A DNA stretch of 64,000 nt from Bdellovibrionota bacterium (GTDB taxonomy: Bacteria; Bdellovibrionota_G; JALEGL01; DATDPG01), in assembly GCA_963668355.1 (NCBI GenBank), contig OY764265.1, positions 670,553-734,552 on the forward strand, written 5' to 3'. A program made the translations under genes and the position numbers. Below the pieces are notes generated by a model. That model was not told the DNA's origin. It ran no database searches and saw nothing but the letters and a program-made list of their open reading frames with translations. Within the stretch, counting starts at the first letter, position 1; every line of letters starts with the position of its first letter. Below are positions 1-11,200 of this stretch, piece after piece.

Positions 1-505
1 AGCCATCCAATTCATCCGGAATGGCTTGCCAGGTCAACACCACCCGACGATCCGGTGTTCCATCTCCCAAAATTTCGTGTGCCAAATCCGTAGGCGTGCT
101 TAGCATGGCCACGATTTCTTCGTCCCTAGTGGTAACCACAATCTCTTCGGACGGAGCTGAAAACTCTGACCCTCCAAAAGCTCTTACGCGATAGCGATAC
201 ACTGTTCCCGCAGAAATATCTTCATCCGAGAATAAAAAGGTTTCGGCTTCAAGATTCACAAGCGTCGAAAATTCTGAGTCGAGACCTTGAGCGCGTTCGA
301 CTCGAAAACCTTCTTCTCCTTGAGAGCGATCCACCCATTGCAAGAGAACATGATCTCGAAAGACTTGAGCACTCAAATCCAGTGGAGCTCGTAAACTAAT
401 CCGAAGATTCTCACCCGATGTGGAGTTTAAATCCGAACCGCAAGAAGAAACCCCAAAAAGCAGAGCCCCCAAAACAATCGCACCAATGTAGTTTACACGA
501 CGCAT
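1..505 (-). CDS. Lipoprotein with FN3-like repeats, N-terminal 168 codons (gene runs off the window start)
   Basis: Not in the ORF track (no stop in window). Hand translation from ATG 505..503 gives MRRVNYIGAIVLGALLFGVSSCGSD (signal peptide + lipobox Cys), then LLQWVDRSQGEEGFRVERA...GTVYRYRVRAFGG, an FN3-like pattern. Confidence 0.55.
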   Translation of the reverse strand, partial: MRRVNYIGAIVLGALLFGVSSCGSDLNSTSGENLRISLRAPLDLSAQVFRDHVLLQWVDRSQGEEGFRVERAQGLDSEFSTLVNLEAETFLFSDEDISAGTVYRYRVRAFGGSEFSAPSEEIVVTTRDEEIVAMLSTPTDLAHEILGDGTPDRRVVLTWQAIPDELDG

Positions 506-747
506 ATGCCGAACCTCCGAAGCGTTCCCCTCCTAAACCCTCCATTGAAGGTGCAATCCCCATGCCCCCCCCTGAAACAAAACTTTCCTAGAAAAACAAT
601 ACCTTACGATCGTGAAACACAAATTCTGTCGTAAAACAGAGCAAGATTTCGGCTTTTTCAGCAGTTTTTTCCGCCTCTTTCCCTCTCATTGAAATCTGGA
701 GCATCCTCTGGTAGAAATGACGCGTTTTGGCAAAAGGAGTCGATCGA

Positions 748-1530
748 ATGCGTGTTTTACCAATTTGGGTTTCAATTTGTGCGGGGCTTTTGGGAGTTGT
801 GGGCTGCGGAAATAGCACGGACACTTCCACCAACACCTCGGCCAATACGACCGTGGTTGATTTGGCTCCTGCTTACGAATCCTTTGAGATCATTCCTGGA
901 CAGAATCGGGAACTCCGCTTTCAACTTGATGAGGAACTGCCAGCAGATGCACAAGTTGAACTGCGCTTTTTGGCCCGTACACATATCTCGCGTTTCATTG
1001 CTGGATCCTACGTTTTTCTTCAAGTTGAAATGAATGACGCCCCCTTGGTGGGGGACCAACTGATCAAGCCAGCTCCGTGTTACTACTACCCGCAATGTGA
1101 GTGGCCGGAGGACTGTGCCGAACATTGCCACGAATGGTTTTTTCCGAGTTTTACCAGTCAGTTAAGCTGCGAAGGAATTGACTTCATTTCTCCCGAGCCA
1201 AGGGAAAATATTTTTGCTCTGCAAATGTCGAATAATTTCGAAAACAATATGCTCAGAGACGACCCCACAAAGCCCGGTGAGAACGACAATCTTTTTTTCA
1301 TAGACCCGGAACAAGCCGGAAATCCCTATGAGTTTCGCTTTGATGTCTCGGATCTTCTTCGCAATTCTCAAGGCGAAATTACGCTTCGGTTCGTCAATCC
1401 CATGACGGAATATAGAGACTTCATGGGATGCATCATCCGCAGAGACGACTTCTACTGGCAAAATGACGATCTTCAATATGTAAAGATTGTGGTCGACGAA
1501 ATTTCTTTGAAAGCAAGCGTAACGCTTTAG
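748..1530 (+). CDS. Hypothetical lipoprotein
   Basis: ORF 727..1530. ATG at 748 is preceded by AAAGGAG (732-738). MRVLPIWVSICAGLLGVVGCGNS is a lipoprotein signal. No family recognised. Confidence 0.55.
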   Translation: MRVLPIWVSICAGLLGVVGCGNSTDTSTNTSANTTVVDLAPAYESFEIIPGQNRELRFQLDEELPADAQVELRFLARTHISRFIAGSYVFLQVEMNDAPLVGDQLIKPAPCYYYPQCEWPEDCAEHCHEWFFPSFTSQLSCEGIDFISPEPRENIFALQMSNNFENNMLRDDPTKPGENDNLFFIDPEQAGNPYEFRFDVSDLLRNSQGEITLRFVNPMTEYRDFMGCIIRRDDFYWQNDDLQYVKIVVDEISLKASVTL

Positions 1531-1922
1531 TAAACAATCGGGGCTCCGGGAGATCCTGGAGGAGCTAATTCCGGAACAAACGGAACAGAGGGGTTTGAGT
1601 GAGGACCAAAGCCGGCATAGTTCCAGCCTTTTACCCGAGCGCGATACTCATCCCCCGGAGAACATAAGACCGAAGCCTCCGTCGTCGTTGTAGTGGTTGC
1701 TTCTTGCCAGGGACCATCATTCACCGATAAATCGAGATGATATCTCACGACTGGCCCTCCCGTTTCAGGAGGAGCCCAACTACATTGGATATACACTTGG
1801 CTCCCGATTCGCAGAGCTTTCATTCCAACACCTTCTGATTCAGACGAAGCAGAGGAAGAAATCGAAAGCCCCAACAGAAAGAAAGAAAACGCCGAGAAGG
1901 TCATGAGTCTTTTCAGATTCAT
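1527..1922 (-). CDS. Small secreted FN3-like protein
   Basis: 131 aa with a signal peptide (MNLKRLMTFSAFSFFLLGLSISSSA). CSWAPPETGGPVVRYHLDLS...YRARVKGWN resembles one FN3 module. The same W.PP..G.PV..Y motif occurs in 2087..3268 and 55105..56148. Confidence 0.5.
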   Translation of the reverse strand: MNLKRLMTFSAFSFFLLGLSISSSASSESEGVGMKALRIGSQVYIQCSWAPPETGGPVVRYHLDLSVNDGPWQEATTTTTTEASVLCSPGDEYRARVKGWNYAGFGPHSNPSVPFVPELAPPGSPGAPIVY

Positions 1923-2086
1923 AATATAGCTAAATTTTATGCCACGAACCCGGATTCGTGTCTAGACCTGTAAAAAAACAAATAAAAATGAGCCGTTTTT
2001 AGCCACTCCATTCAAGACATTTTTTGTGGCACTCGGAGTTTGCCTTTAAACTTCGCTTTCAGTAACCTTCACAAAGTTTCGGAAGG

Positions 2087-3268
2087 ATGTATCCCAAAAT
2101 GAGGTTTCCCATGTTTTTCCGTCTTTTTTTGTTATTTTTTTTGACGTGTGTGCTGCCTTTTCCCCAAAGTGTTTTTCTCGCTTTTGGCGAAGAAGTAGAC
2201 TGCACCAGAAAAATTCTCCCAATGGAAGACCGAAACGTATCGTGGACCGCGCCAAGATCTGGAACACCTTCGGATCATTATCACTTCTATCGACACTATT
2301 TTCCGAAAACAGAATCAGCCGAACAGCGCTGCACGTATATGCATTGTCGGCATTGCGCCTTGACTTGGTCACAGGGAGACTTGGTACCTAGACAATGTTC
2401 AGAAACATACGCGCAAAATGATTGTGAAGAGGTTTTGGAAAGTGAACCTCCAGAGTCATTCTTTCGAGATGCCGTGGCTGAAAACCAAGCTTCCCTACCC
2501 GGATGGCAAGATGGGTATCGCGCCATTCTCGCGTCGTCTGGAGTGGATCAAAATGGAATTTTAGGTGCCCTTTCCCCCTGTACTTGCGTGGAATATTCCA
2601 CCGAAACCGAAGGACCCGAACCCGGTCCTCCGGCCCCTCCCACCAACACACTGGTTACAGTCTCCGAAGGGGGCGATCACGTACGCATTCAATGGGATGT
2701 CGTCTCCGACCTAAATCTCGACACATTCCTGGTCACTTGGAGGCGGTTAACCCAGGGATACAAATCAAGCAGCAGCGACGAAGAAGCCTGCATGAACCCC
2801 AACAACCATTCACAGGAAGTTTCCGGAAACATTCGGCATTATGACTTCACGGAAAATGACCTCCGTCACATTCGACCGGGCGAAAACTATTTGGCCCTGG
2901 TTTGTTCCAAGAACGAATATGGACTAACCGCTGGAGAAACCTCACCATGGGCCCTCCCACAAGAAGCACCTGAAAACGCCATCCTACCTTCCATGAAAAT
3001 TTTCCCCAATCCGGCCCAGCCCGGCCAAGACATTCGTTTTCAATTCTCCGTTCCCAAGATGGGCCGAGTAAACCTAAAAGTCTTTAATGTACGAGGGATT
3101 CTGATCAAGGACTTGGCGAATGTTCACAGAGACAAGACGTCTTCCGAAACCATTATATGGGATGGTAGAACTTCAAATGGAGAAAGGGTGGCCTCCGGCG
3201 TTTACCTGTACCGTTTGACCATTTCTGGAAAATTGTATTACCGAGGAAAGGTTGTTTTGGTCCGATGA
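2087..3268 (+). CDS. Secreted FN3-domain protein with C-terminal FlgD-Ig / T9SS-type sorting-like domain
   Basis: 393 aa with a hydrophobic N-terminus. FN3-like VTVSEGGDHVRIQWDVVSD..FLVTWRR. C-terminal FPNPAQPGQDIRFQF..LKVFNVRGILIKDL..WDGRTSNGERVASGVYLYRL..GKVVLVR matches the Por_Secre_tail/FlgD-Ig beta-sandwich pattern. Confidence 0.7.
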   Translation: MYPKMRFPMFFRLFLLFFLTCVLPFPQSVFLAFGEEVDCTRKILPMEDRNVSWTAPRSGTPSDHYHFYRHYFPKTESAEQRCTYMHCRHCALTWSQGDLVPRQCSETYAQNDCEEVLESEPPESFFRDAVAENQASLPGWQDGYRAILASSGVDQNGILGALSPCTCVEYSTETEGPEPGPPAPPTNTLVTVSEGGDHVRIQWDVVSDLNLDTFLVTWRRLTQGYKSSSSDEEACMNPNNHSQEVSGNIRHYDFTENDLRHIRPGENYLALVCSKNEYGLTAGETSPWALPQEAPENAILPSMKIFPNPAQPGQDIRFQFSVPKMGRVNLKVFNVRGILIKDLANVHRDKTSSETIIWDGRTSNGERVASGVYLYRLTISGKLYYRGKVVLVR

Positions 3269-4935
3269 AAAGATTTTCGTTTATCACCCTAACCTTCGCC
3301 TTTTTCATCCTGTCCGCTTGTTCTTCGACGTCGAATGTACGTTTTGGAGGAGAGGGCTATCGTGTGAGCGTAGATGCCTCGGGACTCTCTTTGGAGTTTT
3401 CAGATACGGTTCGTCTGTCCAATAACGAAACCGACGAACTGGAAATCACCTCGGATGGGGTTCACGCGTTTCCGCAAGTTTTGCGAAATCAAGAAGCCTA
3501 TAACGTGAACATTGTCGAAAAACCCCCGCTTCAAAATTGTCGTTTGTCCGATGCCATCGGACAAATACAAGGTGAAGATGTCACTGTGGTTCTTTGGTGT
3601 GATGATCGCTCGTGGTCTTTTCGAAATGACGATGTCGAACAGTTGAGCCTCGAAGGCTATGAAATGCGTAGCTTTGACCTGGACATGGATGGAGAAGGCA
3701 ACCTCCTCCTGTCATGGCAACAAGTCCTGGATGATGACTGGAGGGTGTTCAAGGGCGAGCTGGAAAACGATGTATGGACTCTTCCCGCAACGTTTGACGA
3801 CTCCATCAGTTTTTCGTCTTCCAAGGCCATGAATCCAAAAGTAAGCACAAACGATGCGGGACAAGCCCTTATCGCATGGGGGCAACAAGATGGAAACAAT
3901 GCTCTTCAAATCATGAAATGCGAAAAAACCTCAGAGATGTGGACTTGCCCAACGGATCTGGAGGACAACTTAAGTCCAGATGGAACACATGCTCGTAGAC
4001 CTTATGTGGATTTGGCTGACAATGGAGAGGCCTTGATTTCGTGGTCCCAAGACGACACTCCCGCAGAAAATGCGCCTCAAAGTTTGTATTTTGCCGAACG
4101 TAGAAATGGTGTGTGGAGTCATCCCGAAAATCTGAATGCGCATTTTGATTTCGATGGAGAAAGTTCGTATTCACTCCGTCAGGCCATGAATAACGAAGGC
4201 ACGTCCATCATTCTTTGGCAACAGGCCTTTGGATCCAGACAAGGAGATCTCTACGGGCGTCACTATGTCAATGAAACTTGGATCTCTCCGGACAACAATA
4301 CGGACTATCTTTCTTTCTCACAAAACGCTTCTGTGATTGATCCTTCGATCTCACTCAACGATTCCAGACAAGGTTTTGCGGCTTGGACTCAATTCATCAA
4401 TTATGATTATCGCGTTTATGTCCGGGAATTTTTTGAAGGTTCTTGGCAGCCCTTGGGATTTTCCTCCGACTATTTGAGTGTGGATGGAATGAACTCTGCA
4501 GCCAATACCCAAATTTCCATAAACAATCTTGGCCAAGCCATCCTCGTCTTTTCTCAACAAGAAAATCCCTATGGAGCCGTACGTATTTTCAAAAGTGAGT
4601 ACGAAGACGGAACCTGGGAAAAACCTCAATCCGTCTACGATGCACTAAATAATTCCGGACAATCTGGTTTCGGTCCTAAGGTGGCCATGGATGATCAAGG
4701 AAATATTCTTGTGGGATGGTTAGAAGTCATGGACTCGGGTTCCATTCATCTCATTCTTCGAGAAAAGCGTATGGGAGCTTGGTTTCCTCCGGAAGATGTC
4801 ACGCAGAACCTATCCGAAGAAGATACGGTGGAGGCCTTTGAACTCGCCATGTCCAATGCGGGGAACGCCATCATCGTGTGGCGCCAAATGGATGCGGAGG
4901 GGATGAGTCGGTTGTTCGCAAGTCAGTTCAAATAA
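3265..4935 (+). CDS. Lipoprotein with eight ~55-aa repeats (beta-propeller-like)
   Basis: ATGA overlap with the upstream gene. MKRFSFITLTFAFFILSACSS lipobox. Eight repeats of a G.a.I.W.Q motif (GNLLLSWQQV, GQALIAWGQQD, GEALISWSQDD, GTSIILWQQA, RQGFAAWTQF, GQAILVFSQQE, GNILVGWLEV, GNAIIVWRQMD). Confidence 0.6.
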   Translation: MKRFSFITLTFAFFILSACSSTSNVRFGGEGYRVSVDASGLSLEFSDTVRLSNNETDELEITSDGVHAFPQVLRNQEAYNVNIVEKPPLQNCRLSDAIGQIQGEDVTVVLWCDDRSWSFRNDDVEQLSLEGYEMRSFDLDMDGEGNLLLSWQQVLDDDWRVFKGELENDVWTLPATFDDSISFSSSKAMNPKVSTNDAGQALIAWGQQDGNNALQIMKCEKTSEMWTCPTDLEDNLSPDGTHARRPYVDLADNGEALISWSQDDTPAENAPQSLYFAERRNGVWSHPENLNAHFDFDGESSYSLRQAMNNEGTSIILWQQAFGSRQGDLYGRHYVNETWISPDNNTDYLSFSQNASVIDPSISLNDSRQGFAAWTQFINYDYRVYVREFFEGSWQPLGFSSDYLSVDGMNSAANTQISINNLGQAILVFSQQENPYGAVRIFKSEYEDGTWEKPQSVYDALNNSGQSGFGPKVAMDDQGNILVGWLEVMDSGSIHLILREKRMGAWFPPEDVTQNLSEEDTVEAFELAMSNAGNAIIVWRQMDAEGMSRLFASQFK

Positions 4936-4945
4936 AAACCAAATT

Positions 4946-6661
4946 TCAGGATTTTTCATTCTTTAATCGAACGCTCAGTGTACGCATTCGATTGATCGCT
5001 GCCGCCAATTCAAAGGAACGAGCAAACACACGATCTCCATCCATACTGGAAGTGGTGTGGGAAAGACTTTTCTCAATGGATTCTTGCTCGAGTTCTTTGC
5101 AGATGGATAACAAAGAACGCTCTCCATCGGCCAGACCACGAGAACATCTGATCAACCAATCCGCCAAAGTTCGGGTTTGTCCATCATCCATCAATTGCCC
5201 GACCAACGAGACATCAATCTCATGCCGACCAAAAAGAATGATTCGAGTTCCTGTTGTTTTCACTTTTTCCGACCGATGTCCACGAGAAGGGTCGAAGCTT
5301 TTTGGAAGAGGGGCTCGATGAGCCGGTTTCGTTAAATGGGGTCGAAGCTCTTCGACACGATCGGCCGGATATTTTGATGCGATCTCTTTGGCCTCCTTCG
5401 TCGCCATGCGTGGGCGAAAACCTTCCATCAGAAGGACATTGTCGGCCACATCGAAATAATCCCCCGCACCCCCGATGACCAACACGCTTGAAATCCCAAA
5501 CTCCCGATGGAGATCCTTCACCCGGTCAATGAAGGGGGTAATGGGCTCAGAAGAAGTTGAAACCAACTCTTGCATGCGTCGGTCTCGAACCATAAAGTTT
5601 GTCGCAGAGGTATCCTCATCAATCAAAAAAACTCGCGCCCCCATCTCAATATTTTCGACCAGATTCGCAGCTTGACTGGTGGAACCACTGGCATTTTCTG
5701 TCGAAAACGACGTCGTGTCTGCCCCTGTAGGGAGATCATTGATGAACGGAGAAATATCCACTTGAGCGACACTGCGACCATCCTCAGCACGCACCGAAAG
5801 CGCGTCATTCCGCGTGACACATAGCTCTCGGCCATCCCCTGGAATGTGGTTATAAATCCCTCGCTCCAGCGCATGTAGTAGCGTCGATTTTCCGTGATAC
5901 CCTCCGCCACAAATCAACGTCACCCCCTCTGGAATAAACGAACCTGCGACCTTTCCTTGATTGGGCAGCTCAACTTCAGTCCGAAGTTCTTTTGGCGAAT
6001 CCCAAAGTACGGCTTTTCCAGAAAAAGGACGATCATCAATACCCGAGGCACGAGGAAGCAAGCTTTCATTGGCCACAAAAGAGACCCATTTTTTCTCAGC
6101 CAGAAGATGTCTCAAATGGTCCTGATCTTCAAAGGCATCAGCATGCTCCACCCACTTCGTTCGATCTCCTTCATAGGCAGCCTTTTCAACAATGGCTGGC
6201 AACTCCTCCATGAACATCTCGGTCGCTTCATGGCCTAAGATTCGTCGACCTGCGGCCGGCAACCCTACCGTAAAACGAACGGTGACGGTTTCCGGATCAA
6301 TCTCTACAGCCGTGCGGGGAAGCATCTCTTGCCCCGGCGTCAAAATTCTCCATTGGCCTGATTTTCCTGTACCACGTGATTTTCCCGTCCGCGAGACCAC
6401 ACGAAAAAAGGAGCGCAAAATGGCATCTTCCAATCCTATGCGTCGACTAAAGGAAGCAAGATCTTTTGCACGCAACTTAAGATCACTGTTGGTGATTCGG
6501 ACGGCGATTCGACTGGGCATTGCAAAGGGATCTCCTTGAACATGCATGATTTGCAAGTCGAACCGGCCAAAGTCGAAATGCCCTTTAATGCTTTTATATT
6601 GTGGATATCCCCGTCCGTTTAATTGACGAAGTTTTTTTTGGAGATCTTGATCATTCATCAT
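4946..6661 (-). CDS. ABC-ATPase domain-containing protein (predicted ATPase of the ABC class, COG3044/PF09818-like)
   Basis: 571 aa. N-terminus LRQLNGRGYPQYKSIKGHFDFGRFDLQIMHVQGDPFAMPSRIAVRI is characteristic of this family. Walker A-like GGGYHGKST and FLIDEDTSATNFM. Confidence 0.8.
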   Translation of the reverse strand: MMNDQDLQKKLRQLNGRGYPQYKSIKGHFDFGRFDLQIMHVQGDPFAMPSRIAVRITNSDLKLRAKDLASFSRRIGLEDAILRSFFRVVSRTGKSRGTGKSGQWRILTPGQEMLPRTAVEIDPETVTVRFTVGLPAAGRRILGHEATEMFMEELPAIVEKAAYEGDRTKWVEHADAFEDQDHLRHLLAEKKWVSFVANESLLPRASGIDDRPFSGKAVLWDSPKELRTEVELPNQGKVAGSFIPEGVTLICGGGYHGKSTLLHALERGIYNHIPGDGRELCVTRNDALSVRAEDGRSVAQVDISPFINDLPTGADTTSFSTENASGSTSQAANLVENIEMGARVFLIDEDTSATNFMVRDRRMQELVSTSSEPITPFIDRVKDLHREFGISSVLVIGGAGDYFDVADNVLLMEGFRPRMATKEAKEIASKYPADRVEELRPHLTKPAHRAPLPKSFDPSRGHRSEKVKTTGTRIILFGRHEIDVSLVGQLMDDGQTRTLADWLIRCSRGLADGERSLLSICKELEQESIEKSLSHTTSSMDGDRVFARSFELAAAINRMRTLSVRLKNEKS

Positions 6662-6676
6662 TCCGAAATAACTTCT

Positions 6677-7363
6677 TTATGCAACACCCAGGACGGTACG
6701 AATGTATTCGTCCAAGTCCCGCTCCTCTTCTTCGGAGTTATTCACAAATTGGAGGCCTACTCGCCATCTTGGGCTTCCCTCCTTATCCTTATACGGAAAT
6801 TGAGACACAACCTTTCCTGTTAAATAAAGAGGCGGGGTCGTGGCTGTAACCGAAGAAGGCCAAGGGATCTCAACATCCACCTCTTCTCCAATCTTGAGTT
6901 CTTTCGGGGAACTCATCCCCATCCCTCCCAAGGCAATGGTTTCCAGAAGAGCTGGGTGAGATTCTGGCGTCCGTAAAACCACTTCGATGTGAAATGCGAT
7001 GCGAGGAAAGCGTCGGGTTTCGCTCCCCCTCATACGAAGGGCACGCTCAATAAAATTATCCAGCGTGGAAACCATGGTCGGCTCGACCATACTAAAACGA
7101 ATGGCATACAGGTTTCCCTGGGGCAATTCTTGAACTCGAATCAATTCGCCTTCAACGGCCACATCGGACTTTTCCGTGAAAGGGATAAGAACATCCAATG
7201 TATCTCCCAATTTTCCGACAGGTTCCTCCAAAAAGAAACTCGCATTTCCCTTGGAAAGATCCCTTAATTTTCCATAGGAAACGCCATCCGGGCCTGAAAC
7301 ACGAACCTCCAGTGTAATTTGGATCCGTGGAAACGACCGTCTTTCATCAAAATCAAAAGGCAT
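6677..7363 (-). CDS. Tandem PilZ-domain protein (c-di-GMP binding predicted)
   Basis: Two PilZ signatures (ERRSFPRIQITLEVRV...DLSKGNASF and ETRRFPRIAFHIEVVL...). The track ORF starts at TTG 7405; ATG at 7363 (MPFDFDERRSFPR) is more plausible. Confidence 0.7.
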   Translation of the reverse strand: MPFDFDERRSFPRIQITLEVRVSGPDGVSYGKLRDLSKGNASFFLEEPVGKLGDTLDVLIPFTEKSDVAVEGELIRVQELPQGNLYAIRFSMVEPTMVSTLDNFIERALRMRGSETRRFPRIAFHIEVVLRTPESHPALLETIALGGMGMSSPKELKIGEEVDVEIPWPSSVTATTPPLYLTGKVVSQFPYKDKEGSPRWRVGLQFVNNSEEEERDLDEYIRTVLGVA

Positions 7364-7435
7364 GAGGGTGTTTCTAGTTGTCCCTAAAAACACCCCATAG
7401 ATCAAGAACGTTTTCTTAACTTAAACCGAGGTTCG

Positions 7436-7918
7436 TTATTTCAACTGGCCTCGTAATCTCCTCCAAGCGGAAGGAGGAATGGCCGTTCGAGACTTCCAAA
7501 GACCCAATAATTGTTGACGGGCACCGATTTCAAGCTCTGCATACTCGAATTCATCGTTGTATTCATGGTTCCACCAGGCCAAACCTTCCGAAAGAAGCAT
7601 TTTGTTGAGATTTCTTCCATCTTCTAAAAACACGATTCCAATGGAACGACCATAGTTCCCTATATCAGTCACTTCCACCTGCACATGTTTTCCCAAAACG
7701 AAAGAACTCGTGAATTCACCCGCTTCGGGGCCAAACGCTTGATCGCTCTCAGGACAATCAATGGCGTAAAATCTCACCTTAACTTTATTTCCATCCGTAT
7801 CGATCATCGTAAAGGTATCTCCATCGGCCACCTTCACAACTTTTCCTTCAAGAGCAACGGCAGAAAACGAACCAAATAGAACAAATCCAAAAACCAATAA
7901 AACCAAACGTAACTTCAT
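7436..7918 (-). CDS. Secreted thermonuclease (staphylococcal nuclease homolog)
   Basis: Signal peptide followed by VKVADGDTFTM..VRFYAIDCPE..QAFGPEA..YGRSIGIVFLEDGRNLNKMLLSEGLAWW, the SNase fold motifs. Confidence 0.85.
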   Translation of the reverse strand: MKLRLVLLVFGFVLFGSFSAVALEGKVVKVADGDTFTMIDTDGNKVKVRFYAIDCPESDQAFGPEAGEFTSSFVLGKHVQVEVTDIGNYGRSIGIVFLEDGRNLNKMLLSEGLAWWNHEYNDEFEYAELEIGARQQLLGLWKSRTAIPPSAWRRLRGQLK

Positions 7919-8228
7919 AATTCCCTCCCTTATCTCTTTTCATATCAAGCGTGTTGGCGTTGACAATTGAGCACATTTGTCTCATTAGCCAGGGACGTAC
8001 AGGTGCGACGCTTAGCGACCAGGTACATAGATCCAGAAACCTGCCTTTCTCGCCAAAAAAGTGTCCCTCGATCTTGGAGGGGTGTTGGAGAGGAAAATAC
8101 GACCAGAAAAGTTTCCGAAACTCCCCGTTTCACAGAACTTCAACAACAACTTTTGTTCTGCACGTCAGCACTGTTAACTAGCTGAAAAATCTAGTAAAAT
8201 AGAGACTATAAGGTTCTAGCTTCATCAA

Positions 8229-11200
8229 ATGTCGGGAAACAAAAAATACCCTTTGTATGGCGTTGTGTTTTTTCTCTTTCTCTCTCTCCTTGCCCTAGGA
8301 GGTTGTTCTTCTTCCTCCGAAAGCACATCATCCACACCCATTGTATTGGGCTCCTTCTATGCTCATGTAGATGTCGAAAATCGATCCGTCGAGTTTTATC
8401 CCTTGGATGAAACGGATGACTTCTCTGGAGCTAGCATTCGTGCAGCTTTGGATGAAAACAATCGAATCGATTGGCCAAGGTATTCCATTTACACGGAGGA
8501 ATGTGCTGAAGCCAATTTCAATGAGACCACACAAACCTTATCCAACAACTTCCGCCTATGGAATTTTTCGGATGAAGTCGGCTATGGACCTGAACTTGCC
8601 TTCGCCGCACCTCTGGAAGTCAGACTCACCTCCATCAACGAGGAAGACGCTTTTGATCTTGAACGAATCTCTACGAATGTTGGTTTGTGTACGAACAATG
8701 GAGAACTCATTTTAAACTCCACGTATGATGGGGACAACGACGGGCTCTTTGACTGCATCGGCCCCGAAGACACAGCCAATACCGAAGATGATCCAGGCTG
8801 GACATTTTCAGACAAAATTGGGACGGACCATCTTCTGACCGCCGGTGAAAAAAGTGAATGCGTGTTTGTTCAATGGCGGGTGGCTTCCCCCACAACCGAA
8901 TTTGGATTCACCTTTTCTGTTTTGGGGAATCTTGCGTCAGCAGCCGTTTCCACACCCGTGGTCGACAACATCCCTGCGGGAAGCAATCCGGACTTAAACA
9001 CACCCACCAATCAATCCAGTTCCGATATTTTTGTGGAAGGTTTGACGGGAGGGTTGAGCGACAGCGTAACCATTGAAGGGGGTCTCACTCCGGTAACCGT
9101 AAACCAAAATGGAAGCGGCTCCCAAACGGTTTCCGTAGATCTAATCCCCAACCAAATCAACACACTTTCGATCACCCAAAATGTGGGTGGACAAGATAGT
9201 CCGGCAGCCATCGTCACCATCACACAGGACAACGTGGCTCCAACTGTAACGGCTGTGATACCCACAGATGGTTCCACCAATGTGGACCCTTCCACGTATG
9301 TTCTTCTAACGTTTTCCGAACCTTTGAATTCGTCTTCCGTCGACACCTCCACCATCCGTTTGAGAAGAGGAGGAACCACAATCACCGGAACCGTGACCCT
9401 TGGCAGCAATGAATATCAGGTCACTTTCCTTCCCAACAGTGATCTTCGAGCCAATCAAGATCACACCATCACAGTGCTCGGAGGCGCTTCCGGAGTCACA
9501 GACCTTGCTGGGAATGTTCTTTCGACAGACTTTGTATCGACCTTCCGGACGGGAGGTAATGGGGTGGACGATGAACCTCCATACGTTGTGTCTTCCTCAC
9601 CCAGCAATAATGCAACTCTCGTTCCGCCATCCATCAGCCCCAGCATGGCCGTAAACGAGCCCTTAGATTCTTCTTCGGTCACACTTTCCAATGCGTGTTT
9701 GATTTTTTTGAACCCCAGTGTGACCTTGGTCTCCATCAACGGCCCCACGCTTTCAGCAGACGGGAAAACCATCACATTTGATCCCACGAGCGACTTAAGC
9801 TTTAACACGGAATACTGGATGGTCCTTGAAAATGGGAGTGGAAGTGGCGTTTGTTCAGGCTCTCCCTCGGGAATTGAAGACTTGGCCGGAAACAACTTAC
9901 TCAGCCAAACGGCTTATAGTTTTACAATTGCTGGCTCCATTGACACGACCCAACCCGAAGTAGTGGATGTCGTCCCTGCCAATGGAAGCGTTGGTGTCAG
10001 TGAAAACGTCATCCCAGAAGTTGTGTTTAGCGAAGCCGTCGATCCCGCAACCGTGAACACCAATAATTTTCAATTGCGTCGCGATTTCGACAATACGCCC
10101 CTCTCCGTAAGCGTTTCTCTCGCAGAAGATGGAATTACCGTTCTCATTGATCCCTTAGATGTTCTTGAGAACGATGATTCAGCCTATGACAATAATGGAG
10201 ATGGTGTGGAGTATTTGGTGTCTGTCAGCGCCAACGTCACCGACTTAGCCGGGAACCACTTACTCACTCCAGCCACATTTGAATTTACTACCGCTCCCGC
10301 GCCGGACACCACAGCTCCTTTTGTGACCAGCACCATTCCGGCCGATGGAAATGGGGAAGTACCTCGAGATACAGATGTATGGGTTGAATTCTCTGAGCCC
10401 ATGAACCCCGTCACCGTAGGAACCAACTCGATCATTGTTCGAGAAGGGGGATTCTTGAGTTGTTCCGGGTTTGGCTCTCCGATCGCTGGGGAAGTGGAGC
10501 TACTTAGCAACCAAACAACCGCCCATTTTACGTTGAGTGGGTCTCGGTTGAGCCAGTATCGGTGCATTCGAATCGAAGCCACAACCGACAATGAAGACAT
10601 CGCAGGGAACTCCTTGAATCAAACCACCTATGCGTATTTTATCACTCTGGGAGATGATCGAGACCCACCTAGTGTGGTGTCCATATATCCTCCAGATGAT
10701 CCTGGATGTTCGAATCCCATGCCAACCAATATCAATATTGCCGCAACCTTTGATGAGTTGATCGATGGAAGCACAGTTACCGGAAGCACGTTTTACTTAA
10801 GTCCCTCAACCAGCTCAGTGGTTTCCATGGGAAGTGACCTCCAATCTGCCACATTGAACCCTGTCAACCAGCTTTCAACATCAACTACGTATACGGTCGT
10901 TCTCACGAATGGCATTCGTGACGCCAGCTCTCGCTCCAATCGCCTGGAGCCCGCTCCTGTAACCAGCACATTTTGCACAGGGAACACCACCGACTATACG
11001 CGACCCACGGTCTTGACCGTAAGCCCGGTGGATGAATCCACCGGAGAAAAACTCGTCGTGAATGTGGACTTAAATTTTAGTGAAGCCATTGACCCCAACA
11101 CCATCACCACCACCTCTTTGAAATTAAGAGATCCTTCTTCCGCCATTGTCCCGGCGAATGTAAGCGTTCTGGAAGATGGTGAAACGGCTCGGCTCAATCC

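Noticed and set aside
2026-2043. TGGCAC...TTTGC upstream of 2087..3268 as a sigma-54 promoter.
   Set aside because: GG to GC spacing is 12 nt instead of the strict 10.
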